A DNA stretch of 52,805 nt, from assembly GCA_977017645.1 (NCBI GenBank), contig OZ360241.1:52525196-52578000 (forward strand). Direction: 5' to 3'. Numbering within the stretch: position 1 is the first letter of the stretch; every line of letters begins with the position of its first letter. The stretch is from Torpedo marmorata (taxonomy: Eukaryota). Under the pieces are notes generated by a model. The model was not told the origin of the DNA. It saw only the letters and a program-made list of their open reading frames with translations, and did no database searches. Shown here one piece after another: positions 1 to 10,915 of this stretch. The position numbers and the translations under genes were made by a program.

Positions 1-5
1 CATGG

Positions 6-730
6 TTACAGGATATTGTTCATCAGTCTCACAGCTTGTGGAAAGAAATTATTTCCCAGCCTGGCAGTCCTGATTTTGATGCTTCTGTGCCTTATTTTTG
101 ATGGTAGTGTGTTGAAGATACTGTGCGCTGGATGGAATGGGTTTTCTATAATTCCTTGAGCCCTCTTTAGACAGCGCTCCTGGTAAATGTCATATATGGA
201 GGAAAGGGAGACCCCACTGATCCTCTCAGCTGTTTTAATAATCCTCTGTGTATAGACTTCCATTCTAATGCTTTGTAGCTACCATACCACACAATGATGC
301 AGCCAGACAGGACACTCTCAATTGTGCTCCTGTAAAAAGGTTGTCAAGATGGGGGCTGGTAGCCTTGCCCTCTTCAAACTCCTTCGGAAGTGTAGGCACT
401 GCTGCACCTTCCTGACTAATGAAGAGGTGTTGTGATAGTTTGTCCCTTATATGCACGCCAAGGAACTTTGTGCTCTCCACTCTTTCCACAACAGAACTGT
501 TGGTGTAGTGGAGAATGGTTGACCTTCATCCTCCTAAAGTCCACAATTATCTCCTTTGTCTTGTCCACGTTGACACTCAGGTCATTGTTCTCACACCATT
601 TTGCTGGCCTATCAACCTCCTCTCTGTAATGCGACTCATCATTGTTGCTGCTGAGGACAACTACTGTTGTATCATCCACAAACTTTATGATTCTGTTGGG
701 GCTGAATCTGGCAGTGCAATCGTGATCTGA
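6..730 (-). mobile_element. Rex1/Babar-type non-LTR retrotransposon, degenerate 3' ORF fragment
   Basis: Frameshifted minus-strand ORFs 416-679, 265-489 and 6-263 give DDTTVV..NVDKTKEIIVDFRR..VESTKFLGVHI..HPAHSIFNTLPS..FFPQAVRL, the RT C-terminus and downstream domain typical of this clade. Confidence 0.85.
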
Positions 731-925
731 GGGGAAAGTATTTTACACAGAGAGTGGTTGATATCCGCAAAGTGCTGCCGTAAGAGGTGGTGGAGGCCCT
801 TGAAGAGACAAAGCATTGCAGGTTGCAGAATTAATGCAGGCAAATGGGATTATAGGAGATGGGCAAAGGGGGCAGAATGAACGTGAGAGGAAGGGCCCAT
901 TTCTGTGCTGCACAACTCTATGTCT
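731..925 (+). mobile_element. Old CR1 LINE 3' end fragment
   Basis: ttttacacagagagtggt...gaagggcccatttctgtgctg resembles the better-preserved CR1 3' ends at 15505-15905 and 50290-50925. Confidence 0.6.
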
Positions 926-1749
926 TTACGATTAGCATGGGAACGTGCTGTGCATCGATGAATTTTTGTGTTTCCTGCATGAGAAAATAATTTCAACAGC
1001 TAAAAAGTGCTTTGGACTGATGTGTATGACACTATATTCCTTTCTCCTAATTCCGTTATTTAATTATTTTATTGATCAAGTACCATTGCACACCTTCAGT
1101 GTGGAGTAGGCTGTCGGCATGAAGCCCAGTCCAAGAGAGAGAAGGTTTGGAGATAGGAAATCAGAACTGGAAACATTGCCTGAGCTGGGGTCGATGCTAG
1201 ACCTCTATCATAGACCAATAGAAGGACTGGTGGGCAATTGATCAGGCCTTGGTGAAGTGTGGTGGCCAGTTGATCAGCTGAAAGGTACAGGTATAAAGTT
1301 GAACACGTAACTTCTTTCCATTCTGAGCTCTGGCCGTTTGGTGGGTCCCACGAGGCTTGGATAGCAGATGTGGGCCTAGTGGGGCCTGACTGCTTTGGTG
1401 AGGCAAAGGTGGTCTGGCCATGGTCTGTGGAATATGTTTTCACCTGAGTATCATCCCTTTAGAGGGGTTGATTAAACGTGACCTACCTGAGACCTGCATA
1501 AAGTGCTCTGTAAATGCACTGCAGCAGGGAAAGCAGGTGCCATTAAAGTCTGGTTGGTTCAGAGTGCCCAAGTATGAGGACACCAAGGAGCAAAACAACC
1601 CAATTTCACCGATAACTCCCTATGTGCAAGGAACAACGTCATTTACTGTGTATCTGCAAAGAAATTAGATTGACATAAGATCAGTTCACGATCAGAAGTG
1701 CTCCGTTGATGTTTTGCAACAGTACAGTTGAAGTCAGTAGTGCAGTTCG

Positions 1750-1900
1750 TACAGCAACTCCAGTGACCCAGGTCAGTCCCAACTTCCGGTGCTATGTGTG
1801 CGGACACCGCACATTCTCCCTGCGATCGCATGGGGTTTCCCTCAGTGTTGAATTTCCTTCCACACCCCAAAGACATGCTGGTAGGTAAAATGACTACTCA
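1750..1900 (+). mobile_element. Degenerate V-domain SINE
   Basis: cacattctccctgcgatcgcatggggtttccctcagtg...ttccttccacaccccaaagacatgc is a diverged version of the SINE central domain seen in the young copies. Confidence 0.55.
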
Positions 1901-2912
1901 TGTGTATATGAGTGGTAGAATCTGGAGGGAGGAGAGTGGGAAAACTAAGTTGCAAGGAAATTTGGTCGGGGAAAGTTACATTGAGAACTATAATGGACTT
2001 AATGAGCTGAAATGACTTCCTTTTAAGTCGAAAGGAAATCTGATGAAAGCAAAAAAAATGATTCTAATCATGTTCTACTCCAAATGTGACTGATTTTCAT
2101 TGTACTGTACTACGTACAGCTGCTATATCTAAAATGGAGTGCACAGATAGAGTAGGGACTTGGATATCCATTGCCTATGTCCTTTTGACGTTCGTGGTGA
2201 TGTCTTCAGAATCACTGCTGCATTTGTGACCCATCAGATTATGAAGCTACATGGCCAATCACACAGTGCCTGAATATTGTGACCACCTCGGCAGAGGAAA
2301 TCCTGGCACATGAGGTGCAAACGAGAGACCTGGGCATGGAGTTCGGGCAGGGCAGAGGGAGTATAATTGTACCCTTTTTTGCAAGAGATTTTTCTTAGCT
2401 CTACCTGAAATTATCTAAACCTGATTACTCAGACGAAACATCTCTCATCCCAGTGAAAATTAAGATGAAAGAAAAGTACCGATCAGATTGATTGAGCAAT
2501 TGCTCCAACCTAGATAAAGAACATCATCAATAGAGTTATTACTTATCCAGACATTAAAGAGACAAATAGTTTGATTATCAGGAAATTAATTTACAAAGAT
2601 ATGCAACAACCTGGTATAAAATACTCATTGCTTGTAATAATGCTATTTAAATGTTTTATTGATATATTCCTGTGATATGCAATAAAATAGCAGCTGTCAT
2701 AATTTTATGTTTTTTCGTTAACTGCAACATAATAACTAGGTGGCCCCAATATTTTAACGTAACTTTGATATGGTGATGGTACATCAATCAAAATACAAAG
2801 CAAAACAAGTAACATTAAGAGTGATGATAAGCTGTACTGACTATAAATTTTATTGAATTTACAGCTTAAAAACAGACTGTTCAGCCCGATTTAGTCCCTT
2901 AACAAAAACAGA

Positions 2913-3156
2913 TTTTTTTTTAGATATACAGCACGTTAACAGGCCCTTCAGGCCTACGAGCACGTGCCGCCCAAATACCCCAATTAACTTCCAACCCGGT
3001 ACGTTTTGAAGGGTGGGAGGAAACCAGAGCACCCAGAGGAAACCCACGCAGACACGAGGAGAACGTACAAACTCCTTACAGACACCGCCGGATTTGAACC
3101 CCGGTCGCTGACGCTGTAATAGCATTGCGCTAACTGCTATGCTAGCCGTGCCGCCC
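2913..3156 (-). mobile_element. tRNA-derived V-SINE (HE1-like)
   Basis: Reverse complement of the copy at 11965-12232: tRNA-like head with B box GGTTCAAATCC, central domain and CR1-like tail. Confidence 0.9.
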
Positions 3157-3229
3157 TAATTATCCACATTAATTTGTGACTATTTTATATTCCGGGCCCT
3201 AAACATCACATTTGAGTGCAGCAAGAGTT

Positions 3230-3360
3230 AAACAAGAAAGTCTGCAGATGCTGGGGTCGAGTGCAGTACATAAACATGCTGGAGAGACTCAGCAGGTTAC
3301 TCAGCATCCTGAGGAAGGAAAGGGAAACCAACATTTCAGGCCTGCGCAACCTTCATCAGG
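3230..3360 (-). mobile_element. Penelope pLTR-like fragment with minimal hammerhead motif
   Basis: Minus strand reads CTGATGA-aggttgcgcaggcct-GAAA-tg-TT, followed by the cctgctgagtctctccagca block shared with the 6609-6759 repeat. Confidence 0.7.
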
Positions 3361-3486
3361 CAGCAGTTTAGCAGTTGTGACTTCACAAAAGGAGAGGAAG
3401 CTCAGCCATAGTTCTTGGTTCTTCCAGGTCATCCAATCAACCTGCTCTTAAAAATGTGCTCAAGCCAATTTGCTCCATTTCAAGTA

Positions 3487-3746
3487 CAGTAAAAGTCCTA
3501 AAATTTGGACTGCCCAGGGATTTAGTCAGTCCGGATTTTCGGATTTTCCAGTTTCTCGGGAAGTATATCTGTGGCGCTTACGCAATGCATGCACGCTCGC
3601 AATGCATGCACACACGCACGTAAAAGCCGCGAGTTTTCGAGAAGTCCAGATTCTTGGGTGGTCCGGATTTCAGGCGAGAGTTTTCGAGAAATCCGGATTC
3701 TCGGGTGGTCTGGATTTCTGGCATCCGTATTTTCATACTTTTACTG
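3487..3746. mobile_element. Tc1/mariner-pogo type MITE
   Basis: TA|CAGTAAAAGT...ACTTTTACTG|TA terminal inverted repeats with TA duplication; internal repeated TCCGGATTT motifs. Confidence 0.8.
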
Positions 3747-5429
3747 TAGATTGTCGCTGATCAGCCTCCAGTGTCTAGTGAGGAACCAATCAGAGATTGT
3801 AGAAATGTATCCTGAGGAGAGTTAATGCTTCAAAGAGCACAGGAAAGATTCTGAGGGGTGGGTAAAGTAATTCAAAAAACATTAATGGACAGCACATTGG
3901 ACAGACATCCCAGGACACTTGTGGTCAAGCTTGTAGTTAAATGCAGGTAGAATCTGAATTCCAGAAGTCTGCTCTCAGAGGAAGAATAGTTTGTGCCATA
4001 GCTGAATGTTAACATTGTGAAAGCTTGGCTATCATGAAATTGACCTCTGAGGGTATTAACACACAAAGTCTCACCTAAATTCTAATTAAATTCACAGCCC
4101 CGCTGTTTTGTTGAAGGCATTAATCTGGTTTTTTTAAAGATTTCATGTCACGGATATGGTCATTGGCCGACCTAATCCAGCTCACTCTTTATGTAAATTT
4201 CCTGGTGCCCCAGCAAAGCTGGGAGTCAAATGAATTTGAACTGCTGCAGAGAGATCACTGCCAACTCTTTTGAAAGGGTAATGATCTTTGACATTTTGGT
4301 TGTTCATTCTGGTCAAAGGCGAAAAGAAAACGGGCTTCACGGGCATTTTGTGCTGGGAACACAGAGAGTTCCTGCCAGTGGCCACAATACAAGGCAGGTG
4401 GTGATCTCCTCACTATACTGCTCACATTGAACCTCCTCTGAGGGCCATATGCCTTTAAGACATTCAACCTCATTCAGTAAGACAAACCTGAATTCCCATC
4501 CTGCTGCATTGTGCTGCTGTATCCTAGAGTCTGAAAGAGCGGACCTCTTATCTGTGGACAAAGAGTGTGTCTATCAGACCTGTTCTTACAGACATCCCAA
4601 GTGACTACAAAGAAACAAGGAGGACAAAAACTAAATTCATCTTGTCTCACTGGATGAGCGCATCCATGCCATGCTTTGTTCATTTTCCTTTTTTTTTCCC
4701 TGTTGAGGTCCAGTGCACACGGTTTAGCCAGAGATTGACATCTGGACCAACTCCTTTTAGAATTCTGAAATACTTTAACCCTTTTCAGCCATACACGACG
4801 ACACTGTGGTACTGTGAATGCTGCACGTCAAGTTTCATCTCAGTGGTTCCAAGGTCATTATTACACCACCTTTAGCTAAAGTAAACTCATGTCAATTTAA
4901 AACTGTTACATAAATATCCAATGTTTCCCTTCTGTTCTGCCTTCAGCTACCAAGGCCATCCACATTGTGTCTCGAAGGAAGTATGGTGTCACATTCCCGT
5001 TTTTACCAGGAGCGTCGTTGGTTAAACATTAGAATTCCTTACATAAAAATCTGTACTGACTCCCTCAGACCACCCATGAAATCACCTGTTCAAATGGGTA
5101 AATTATTCTGCCTGTGGCTTCTAGCAGCTCCAAAGCATTCAGTTGCTCCCAGATATGTAACTCCCACCTACTTGCAGATCCACTGTAATTCTGGGATGCA
5201 TGTGATGGGAATAGTCACAACGTCAGCCAGCCCTGCAGAGGATGAAAAATCCCCATTCTTTTGAATGGGTTTTCCTCACCTGGAGATTAGAAAGATAAAG
5301 GTATATTCTTTTCTGCTTTTCTCCTTTCAAATTTTTTAACCATTTCTTAAATGTTTAATGCTTTTAATGAATCATTTTATTCTTAATTTTTTTAAACATC
5401 ATTTTTAGTGTTTTAGTTGTTTGAACATA

Positions 5430-5880
5430 AGAAACATAAGAAGTGGGTCTATTGACCCCTCAAACCTGCTCTGATATTCACTAAGATCATGGCTGATCTT
5501 GTTTTGGCCTCAGCACCTCCTTCCCACTCTCTCCATATCCCCTGTGTCTCTTATAGTTCAAAGCTCTGTCAATCTCTACCTTGAATGTGTAAAAAAAGAC
5601 TTCACCTTCACAGCTCTCTGGGGTAGAGAATCCCAAAGAAATTCCTCCTCATCTCCATCCTAAATGAGCAACTGAGTATTTCTAAGATCCAACCCCCTAC
5701 TTCTGGACACCTCCACTGGGGAGACATCCAGTCAGCTTTCACCCCGTCAGTTCCCCTCAGAAATCTTACATTTCAATAAGATCATCTCTCATTCTTCTGT
5801 ACAACAATGGGCATAGATCCAACCTGCTTAGCCTCCCTTTATACATCCCAGGAATCAACATAATGAAACTTATATATAGA
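5430..5880 (-). mobile_element. CR1 LINE 3' fragment
   Basis: Minus ORF 5766-5954 ends RLSRLDLCPLLYRRMRDDLIEM (CR1 ORF2 C-terminal motif); tail repeats aacataagaaacataag lie at the left end. Confidence 0.8.
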
Positions 5881-5924
5881 GAGACCAAGACTTTACAGAG
5901 TACTACAGGGACAGTCTCACCAGC

Positions 5925-6040
5925 GCTGGAGAACCTCAGCAGGTCACACAGCATCTATAGGAAGCAAAGGAATATAACCTCCAAAGGGCTCGGGACCGTA
6001 ATGTTGGTTGTAACTTTGCTTCCTATAGACGCACTGTGAA
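5925..6040. mobile_element. Palindromic Penelope pLTR-derived hairpin element, degenerate
   Basis: ctataggaagcaaag...ctttgcttcctatag inverted arms surround a decayed hammerhead-like centre. Confidence 0.6.
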
Positions 6041-6218
6041 GTTGAATTAAAATTTCTTTACGTTCAGCCACCCCTTGCAATAATGGCCTGAAAAGTTGAC
6101 TCAAAACTTCCTAACACTCGATACGTCTTGCTATAAAAGCTAAAATTCCATTATCCTTTCATTCTGTCTGATTCATAGTTTTTAAATGCATTTGCTTATT
6201 AGAGACCTTTAAAAAAGG

Positions 6219-6672
6219 TCTCATACTTTGATGAAGGGCTCAAGCCCGAAACGTCGGTTATGTATTTCTACCTTTGCTACATTCTCATACTTTGATGAAG
6301 GGCTCAAGCCCGAAACGTCGGTTATGTATTTCTACCTTTGCTACATTCTCATACTTTGATGAAGGGCTCAAGCCCGAAACGTCGGTTATGTATTTCTACC
6401 TTTGCTACATTCTCATACTTTGATGAAGGGCTCAAGCCCGAAATGTCGGTTATGTATTTCTACCTTTGCTACATATTCTCATACTTTGATGAAGGGCTCA
6501 AGCCCGAAACGTCGGTTATGTATTTCTACCTTTGCTACATATTCTCATACTTTGATGAAGGGCTCAAGCCCGAAACGTCGGTTATGTATTTCTACCTTTG
6601 CTACATATTCTCATACTTTGATGAAGGGCTCAAGCCCGAAACGTCGGTTATGTATTTCTACCTTTGCTACAT
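6219..6672 (+). ncRNA. Tandem array of seven minimal type-I hammerhead ribozyme motifs (U3 variant, palindromic ACGU helix III)
   Basis: Each unit reads catact-TTGATGA-a-GGGCT ca AGCCC-GAAA-CG-TC-ggttatg. Helix II is a perfect 5-bp hairpin, and helix I catact/ggttatg pairs with one bulge. Activity is not demonstrated. Confidence 0.75.
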
Positions 6673-7026
6673 AAAAGACACTGTTTGACCTGCTGAGTTT
6701 CTCCAGCATTTGTGTTTTTTACTTCAACCACGGTGTCTACAGATTTTCGTGTTTTACTTCTCAATACTACAACAACTCTGTGAAAACTCTTTGAGGAATG
6801 CCTACCCTGAAGAAGTTCGCCTTTGCTCTCCGAAGGGAGTTCTGTGGGATTCTCTCTCACTGCTCCCCATCAAATTCTCATACTTTGATGAAGGGCTCAA
6901 GCCCGAAACGTCAGTTATATATTTCTACCTTTGCTACATAAAAGACACTGTTTGACCTGCTGAGTTTCTCCAGCATTTGTGTTTTTTACTTCAACCACGG
7001 TGTCTACAGATTTTCGTGTTTTACTT
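6222..7026 (+). mobile_element. Non-autonomous Penelope-derived / retrozyme-like element with eight hammerhead motifs
   Basis: Flanked by the 14-bp direct repeat tttaaaaaaggtct (6208-6221, 7027-7040). Contains 3x64-nt and 3x66-nt tandem units and two 151-nt direct repeats (6609-6759, 6876-7026) separated by 116 nt. Confidence 0.85.
6876..6920 (+). ncRNA. Eighth minimal hammerhead motif
   Basis: Same core as the array. The 3' strand of helix I is agttata, converting the innermost U-G pair to U-A. Confidence 0.7.
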
Positions 7027-7355
7027 TTTAAAAAAGGTCTTCCCAGCTTTGACAAGAGCTGAGACTGTACACCCAGCCTCATCCTTTCAGGCCATTCTGT
7101 GGGCAGAGTCTCAGAGATATGCCACTGAGGTCTCTCTGCCCCTCACCAGCAACCTCCTGGGTGCAAGGGGCAGTTTGCTGCCTCTGGCAGAGGTACGTAC
7201 AGCAGGGGAACCTGGCAGGGAAGCACAAGTCCCAAGTAGCAGGCCTGATCCAGCTTGATTTTTTTGACCCATTCCTGTCTGTGACCTTTTGTCATTCTTG
7301 TGATAATTATCTGCAAATAGGATTTTGTAGTACAGTAAAAGGATTATGTGAAGGC

Positions 7356-7630
7356 AATACACAAAAGTGCTGGAGAACCTCAGCACGTCACGCACCGTCT
7401 ATAAGAAGCAAAGGGATATAACCTCTAAAGGGCTTGGGCCCAAAACGTGGGTTATATCCCTTTGTTTCCTTATTGGTACTGCGTGACCTGCTGAGGTTAA
7501 AAACACACAGAATTGCTGGAGAAACTCAGCCAGTCTTGCAGCGCCCATAGGAGGTAAAAGATATATGCTGAGGTTGTCCAGCACTTTTGTGCTTTGCAGC
7601 ACAATCACTGCATCTGCAGACTTTCCTGTT
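7356..7630. mobile_element. Palindromic pLTR-derived hairpin element with a nested fragment of a related element (~7498-7565)
   Basis: Inverted arms caaagggatataacc/ggttatatccctttg and cacaaaagtgctgga/tccagcacttttgtg surround a decayed hammerhead centre gggcttgggcccaaaacgt. Confidence 0.7.
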
Positions 7631-7973
7631 TATCTGAAGGCAAGTTCAGATTTGAACTGGTAGGATTGGATCCCGCTTGCAAAATGTAATCAGCAATCCC
7701 CTCCACATCATAGAATGCAAGAACATTAATCCTTGCTTTTTAGTCGCTGTGACCTTGAGATGAATTTAAGGGTAATGAGGCGATCAATGTGGGTTTGACA
7801 AAAGTCTGTATCTTGGACGAATATGGCAGAGTGGACCTCCAGCTAAGTTCTTTGGAATCAAGCATCAATATATTCAAATGATGGTTATGGATCTTTGTTA
7901 ATCATTTAAAAGTCATGTTTCTGTGTACTTGATGTAATTTTCAAATGTTAATTGTATGGACTAATATGGTGCT

Positions 7974-8031
<58 letters not shown>

Positions 8032-8032
8032 T
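7974..8032. repeat. (TG)n(TA)n microsatellite
   Basis: Directly visible dinucleotide runs. Confidence 0.95.
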
Positions 8033-9164
8033 AGCATAGAAAACATCAAAAAACATTTCATTTATGGTACCTAGAGTACCTGAACTGAAAAGGCATGGAA
8101 AATCATTAGTTTCAGGAATCCTAAATATACATAAAAATGACATTTGGATGTATTTAGCCTATGGATATTTAGACTGAAAATCTCCTGCTGCATAGAATGT
8201 TGGCTGTAAGGTATTGACTGCTGTGTAAAACAGACAAAAGTGGCCATGGTCACTGTTCAGTCTCTCATTGGCAACAAGTTAAGACACAAAATCACCCTGA
8301 AATTCCTTCGATTGGTCCGAGCAGGGAAGTCACCAGGGTTCTTGTTCTTTGTTGCTCACCAGTGATCTCACGGGTACTTGTTTATAGTTGGTCAGGTAAA
8401 GGTCAGAGTGTGATGACCCACACACCTGGTCAGTTCTTCTTGTCTTTACATGTTTACGATGGACAAAGGATGGAGGTCGTGGGACGCGAGCAACTCTTAC
8501 AGCAGGACAATGATGGAGAGGATAAAATTGAAGGGAAAAAAAATGGAAGAATGACTTTTATTTGAAGCTATTCCAGAATTAAAGAGAGGAATTATGAAAT
8601 GGGTAATTCAGAATGTTAAATATTTAATAAATATAACCAATTACAGCAAGGTTTCCAATCTTTACTTGCTCATATTTCACTGGTTCTATTATTAAAGCTA
8701 TTATTTTGAAAAGAGATGTTCTGGTGAATGTCTCATCAAATTGCATTAAATATTAAACAATATAGATAAGGTAAACTGAGATTATTGTATCAAAGTAAGA
8801 CAAGAAAATAGAACATAACTGGAAATTGGAATAATGTAAGTTCAGAATAAATGTTAGGAGAATCTTTCTTACTCATTGGTGGAGAAACGTTACGGAAGTA
8901 TTTCTTGTGTAAAAACATGAAAAACAATAATGCAGAGAAATTCCAATGCATCCATGTTCCCTGGTGCGGTGGGCTAATGACTTCTGGAGCCAGTGGTCAG
9001 TGGAGAGGTTGGCTGATAGTGGGAAGGATTGGGGGCAGGAGGGGTGGAGGGAGTAAAGCAGTGGTGGGGGTAAAGTGGTAGTGGCCTATGAAGCACAAAA
9101 TTGAATGGTAGGTATTGCAGTCAGAAGCAGTGCTAGGTGATCTATTTCGAATAGTACTGAGAGA

Positions 9165-9680
9165 TCTATAATGAATAGAGTTTTAAGGTATATAATGAAT
9201 AATGCTGTTGAGCCTGTAATGAATGGTGCTGTGGATTCTATAATGAATGATACTGTGAGGTCTATAATGAATTATACTTGGGTCAATAATGGATGGTTTT
9301 ATGGGATCCATAATGAATGGTGCAATGGGGTCTATAATGAATAATGCTTCGGCTCGAATAATGAATAGGGCTGTGGGGTCTCGTGTCATGGGGTCTGTAA
9401 TGAATGCTATAGTGTGGTCTCTAATGAATGGTGCAGTGTGGTCTCTAATGTATGGTGCAGTGAAGTCTCTAATGAATGGTGCAGTGTGGTCTCTAATGTA
9501 TGGTGCAGTGGACATTCTATTGAAAGGTGCAGTGTGGTTTTCTAATGTATGGTGCAATGGAGTCTAACAATTGGTGCTGAGGGGTGAATGATGAATGATG
9601 CAGTGGGATCTATGATGAATGTTGTAGTGGGGTCTCTAATAATTAGCGCTATAGGTTCTATAATGAATGGTGCCATGGGA
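9165..9680. repeat. ~24-bp minisatellite, left part
   Basis: Degenerate tandem units close to tctataatgaatggtgctgtgggg. Confidence 0.9.
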
Positions 9681-9737
9681 ACTTACAATTGTCTCTTACA
9701 ATTGATGTTATAGGATGCAAAATGAATGGTATGGTAG

Positions 9738-10664
9738 GATGCGTGCTTAGCCTACTGCTCTACTCGTTATACACCCATGACTGTGTGGCCAGGCACAAAT
9801 CCAATGCCATCTACAAGTTTGCCGATGACACCACAGTTATCGGCAGAATCACAATCGGCAATGAAGAAACGTACAGGAGGGAGATAGATCAGCTCGTTGA
9901 ATGGTGTAACGACAACAACCTTGCGCTCAACGTCAGCTAAACCAAGGAGCTGATTGTGGACTTCAGGAGGAAGTCAGGGGAACACGACCCAGTCCTCATC
10001 GAGGGCTCAGTAGTGGAGAGGGTCAAGAACTTCAAATTCCTGGGTGTCAACATCTCCAAGGATCTGTCCTGGAGCCTCCACGTTGATGCAATCACAAAGA
10101 AGGCTTGTCAGCGGCTATACTTTGTGAGGTGTCTGAGGAGATTCGGTATGTCAACGAAGACTCTCGTGAACTTCTACAGGTGTACCGTGGAGAGCATTCT
10201 GGCTGGTTGCATCACTGCCTGGTATGGAGGCGCCAACTCTCAGGACAAGAATAAACTCCAGAGGGTTGTGAACTCGGCCTGTGACATCACAGGCACCAGA
10301 CTTCACTCTATCGAGGACATCTACATGAGACGGTGTCTTAAAAAAGCAGCTTCTATCCTCAAGTACCCCCACCACCCAGGCCATGCCCTCTTCACTCTGC
10401 TACCATCAGGAAAAAGGTACAGGAGCCTAAAGATGAGCACTCAACGGCACAAGGACAGCTTCTTCCCCGCTGCCATCAGATTCCTGAATAATCAATGAAC
10501 CAAAGACACTGCCTTACTTTTCGTACACTATTATTTATATATATTTTTTATAGTAATGTCGTAAGATGGTTATAATATGAATGTTTGCACTATGATGCTG
10601 CCGCAAAACACCGAATTTCATGACTTGTTCATGACAATAAATTCTGATTCTGATTCTGATTCTG
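9738..10664 (+). mobile_element. Rex1/Babar-type LINE, 5'-truncated, with (ATTCTG)n tail
   Basis: GCVLSLLLYSLYTHDCVA..YKFADDTT, continuing through one in-frame stop into ORF 9956-10498 (..HPGHALFTLLPSGKRYRS..SFFPAAIR). Followed by a 3' UTR, AATAAA and a microsatellite tail. Confidence 0.92.
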
Positions 10665-10915
10665 AATAGTGCTATAGGGTGTATAATGAATGATATGCAC
10701 TCAGTAAGAATGGTGCTATATGGACTATAATGCATGATGCTGTGGAGTCTTATGTAATAGTGCAATGGGATCCATAACGAATGATGTAGTAGGTCTCTAA
10801 TAAAGAGCGCTGTATAATGAATAATGTGTACTTTATGATGCTTTGGGTCTATAATGAATGTTGCTATGTGGTTTACAATGAATGGTGCTCTGGTTTATAA
10901 CGAATAGTGCTGTGA
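10665..10915. repeat. ~24-bp minisatellite, right part
   Basis: The same tataatgaat..tgctgtg units resume after the LINE tail. Confidence 0.85.

Noticed and set aside
4100-4640. Possible exon or enhancer in unique-looking sequence with overlapping ORFs
   Set aside because: No recognisable protein similarity or convincing splice pair; TAATCC and CTTTGA motifs alone are too weak without conservation data.
6219-6672. CRISPR array (regular ~65-nt period with an internal hairpin)
   Set aside because: Units are identical end to end with no variable spacers, there are no cas genes, and the context is a vertebrate intron.
6338-6688. Repetitive ORFs of 116 and 90 aa
   Set aside because: By-products of the 66-nt unit being a multiple of three; no splice or homology support.
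8851-9081. AEKFQ resembling the ephrin FSEKFQ motif (the missing upstream exon)
   Set aside because: Surrounding residues lack ephrin domain features and there are no suitable splice sites; the upstream exons are outside the window.
9183-9567. Overlapping 124-aa and 92-aa repetitive ORFs
   Set aside because: Translations of the 24-bp minisatellite.
9956-10498. Host gene call for the 180-aa ORF (and the 217-aa ORF at 47933-48586)
   Set aside because: They follow RT motifs (YKFADD), occur in several copies and end in LINE tails, so they are retrotransposon fragments.
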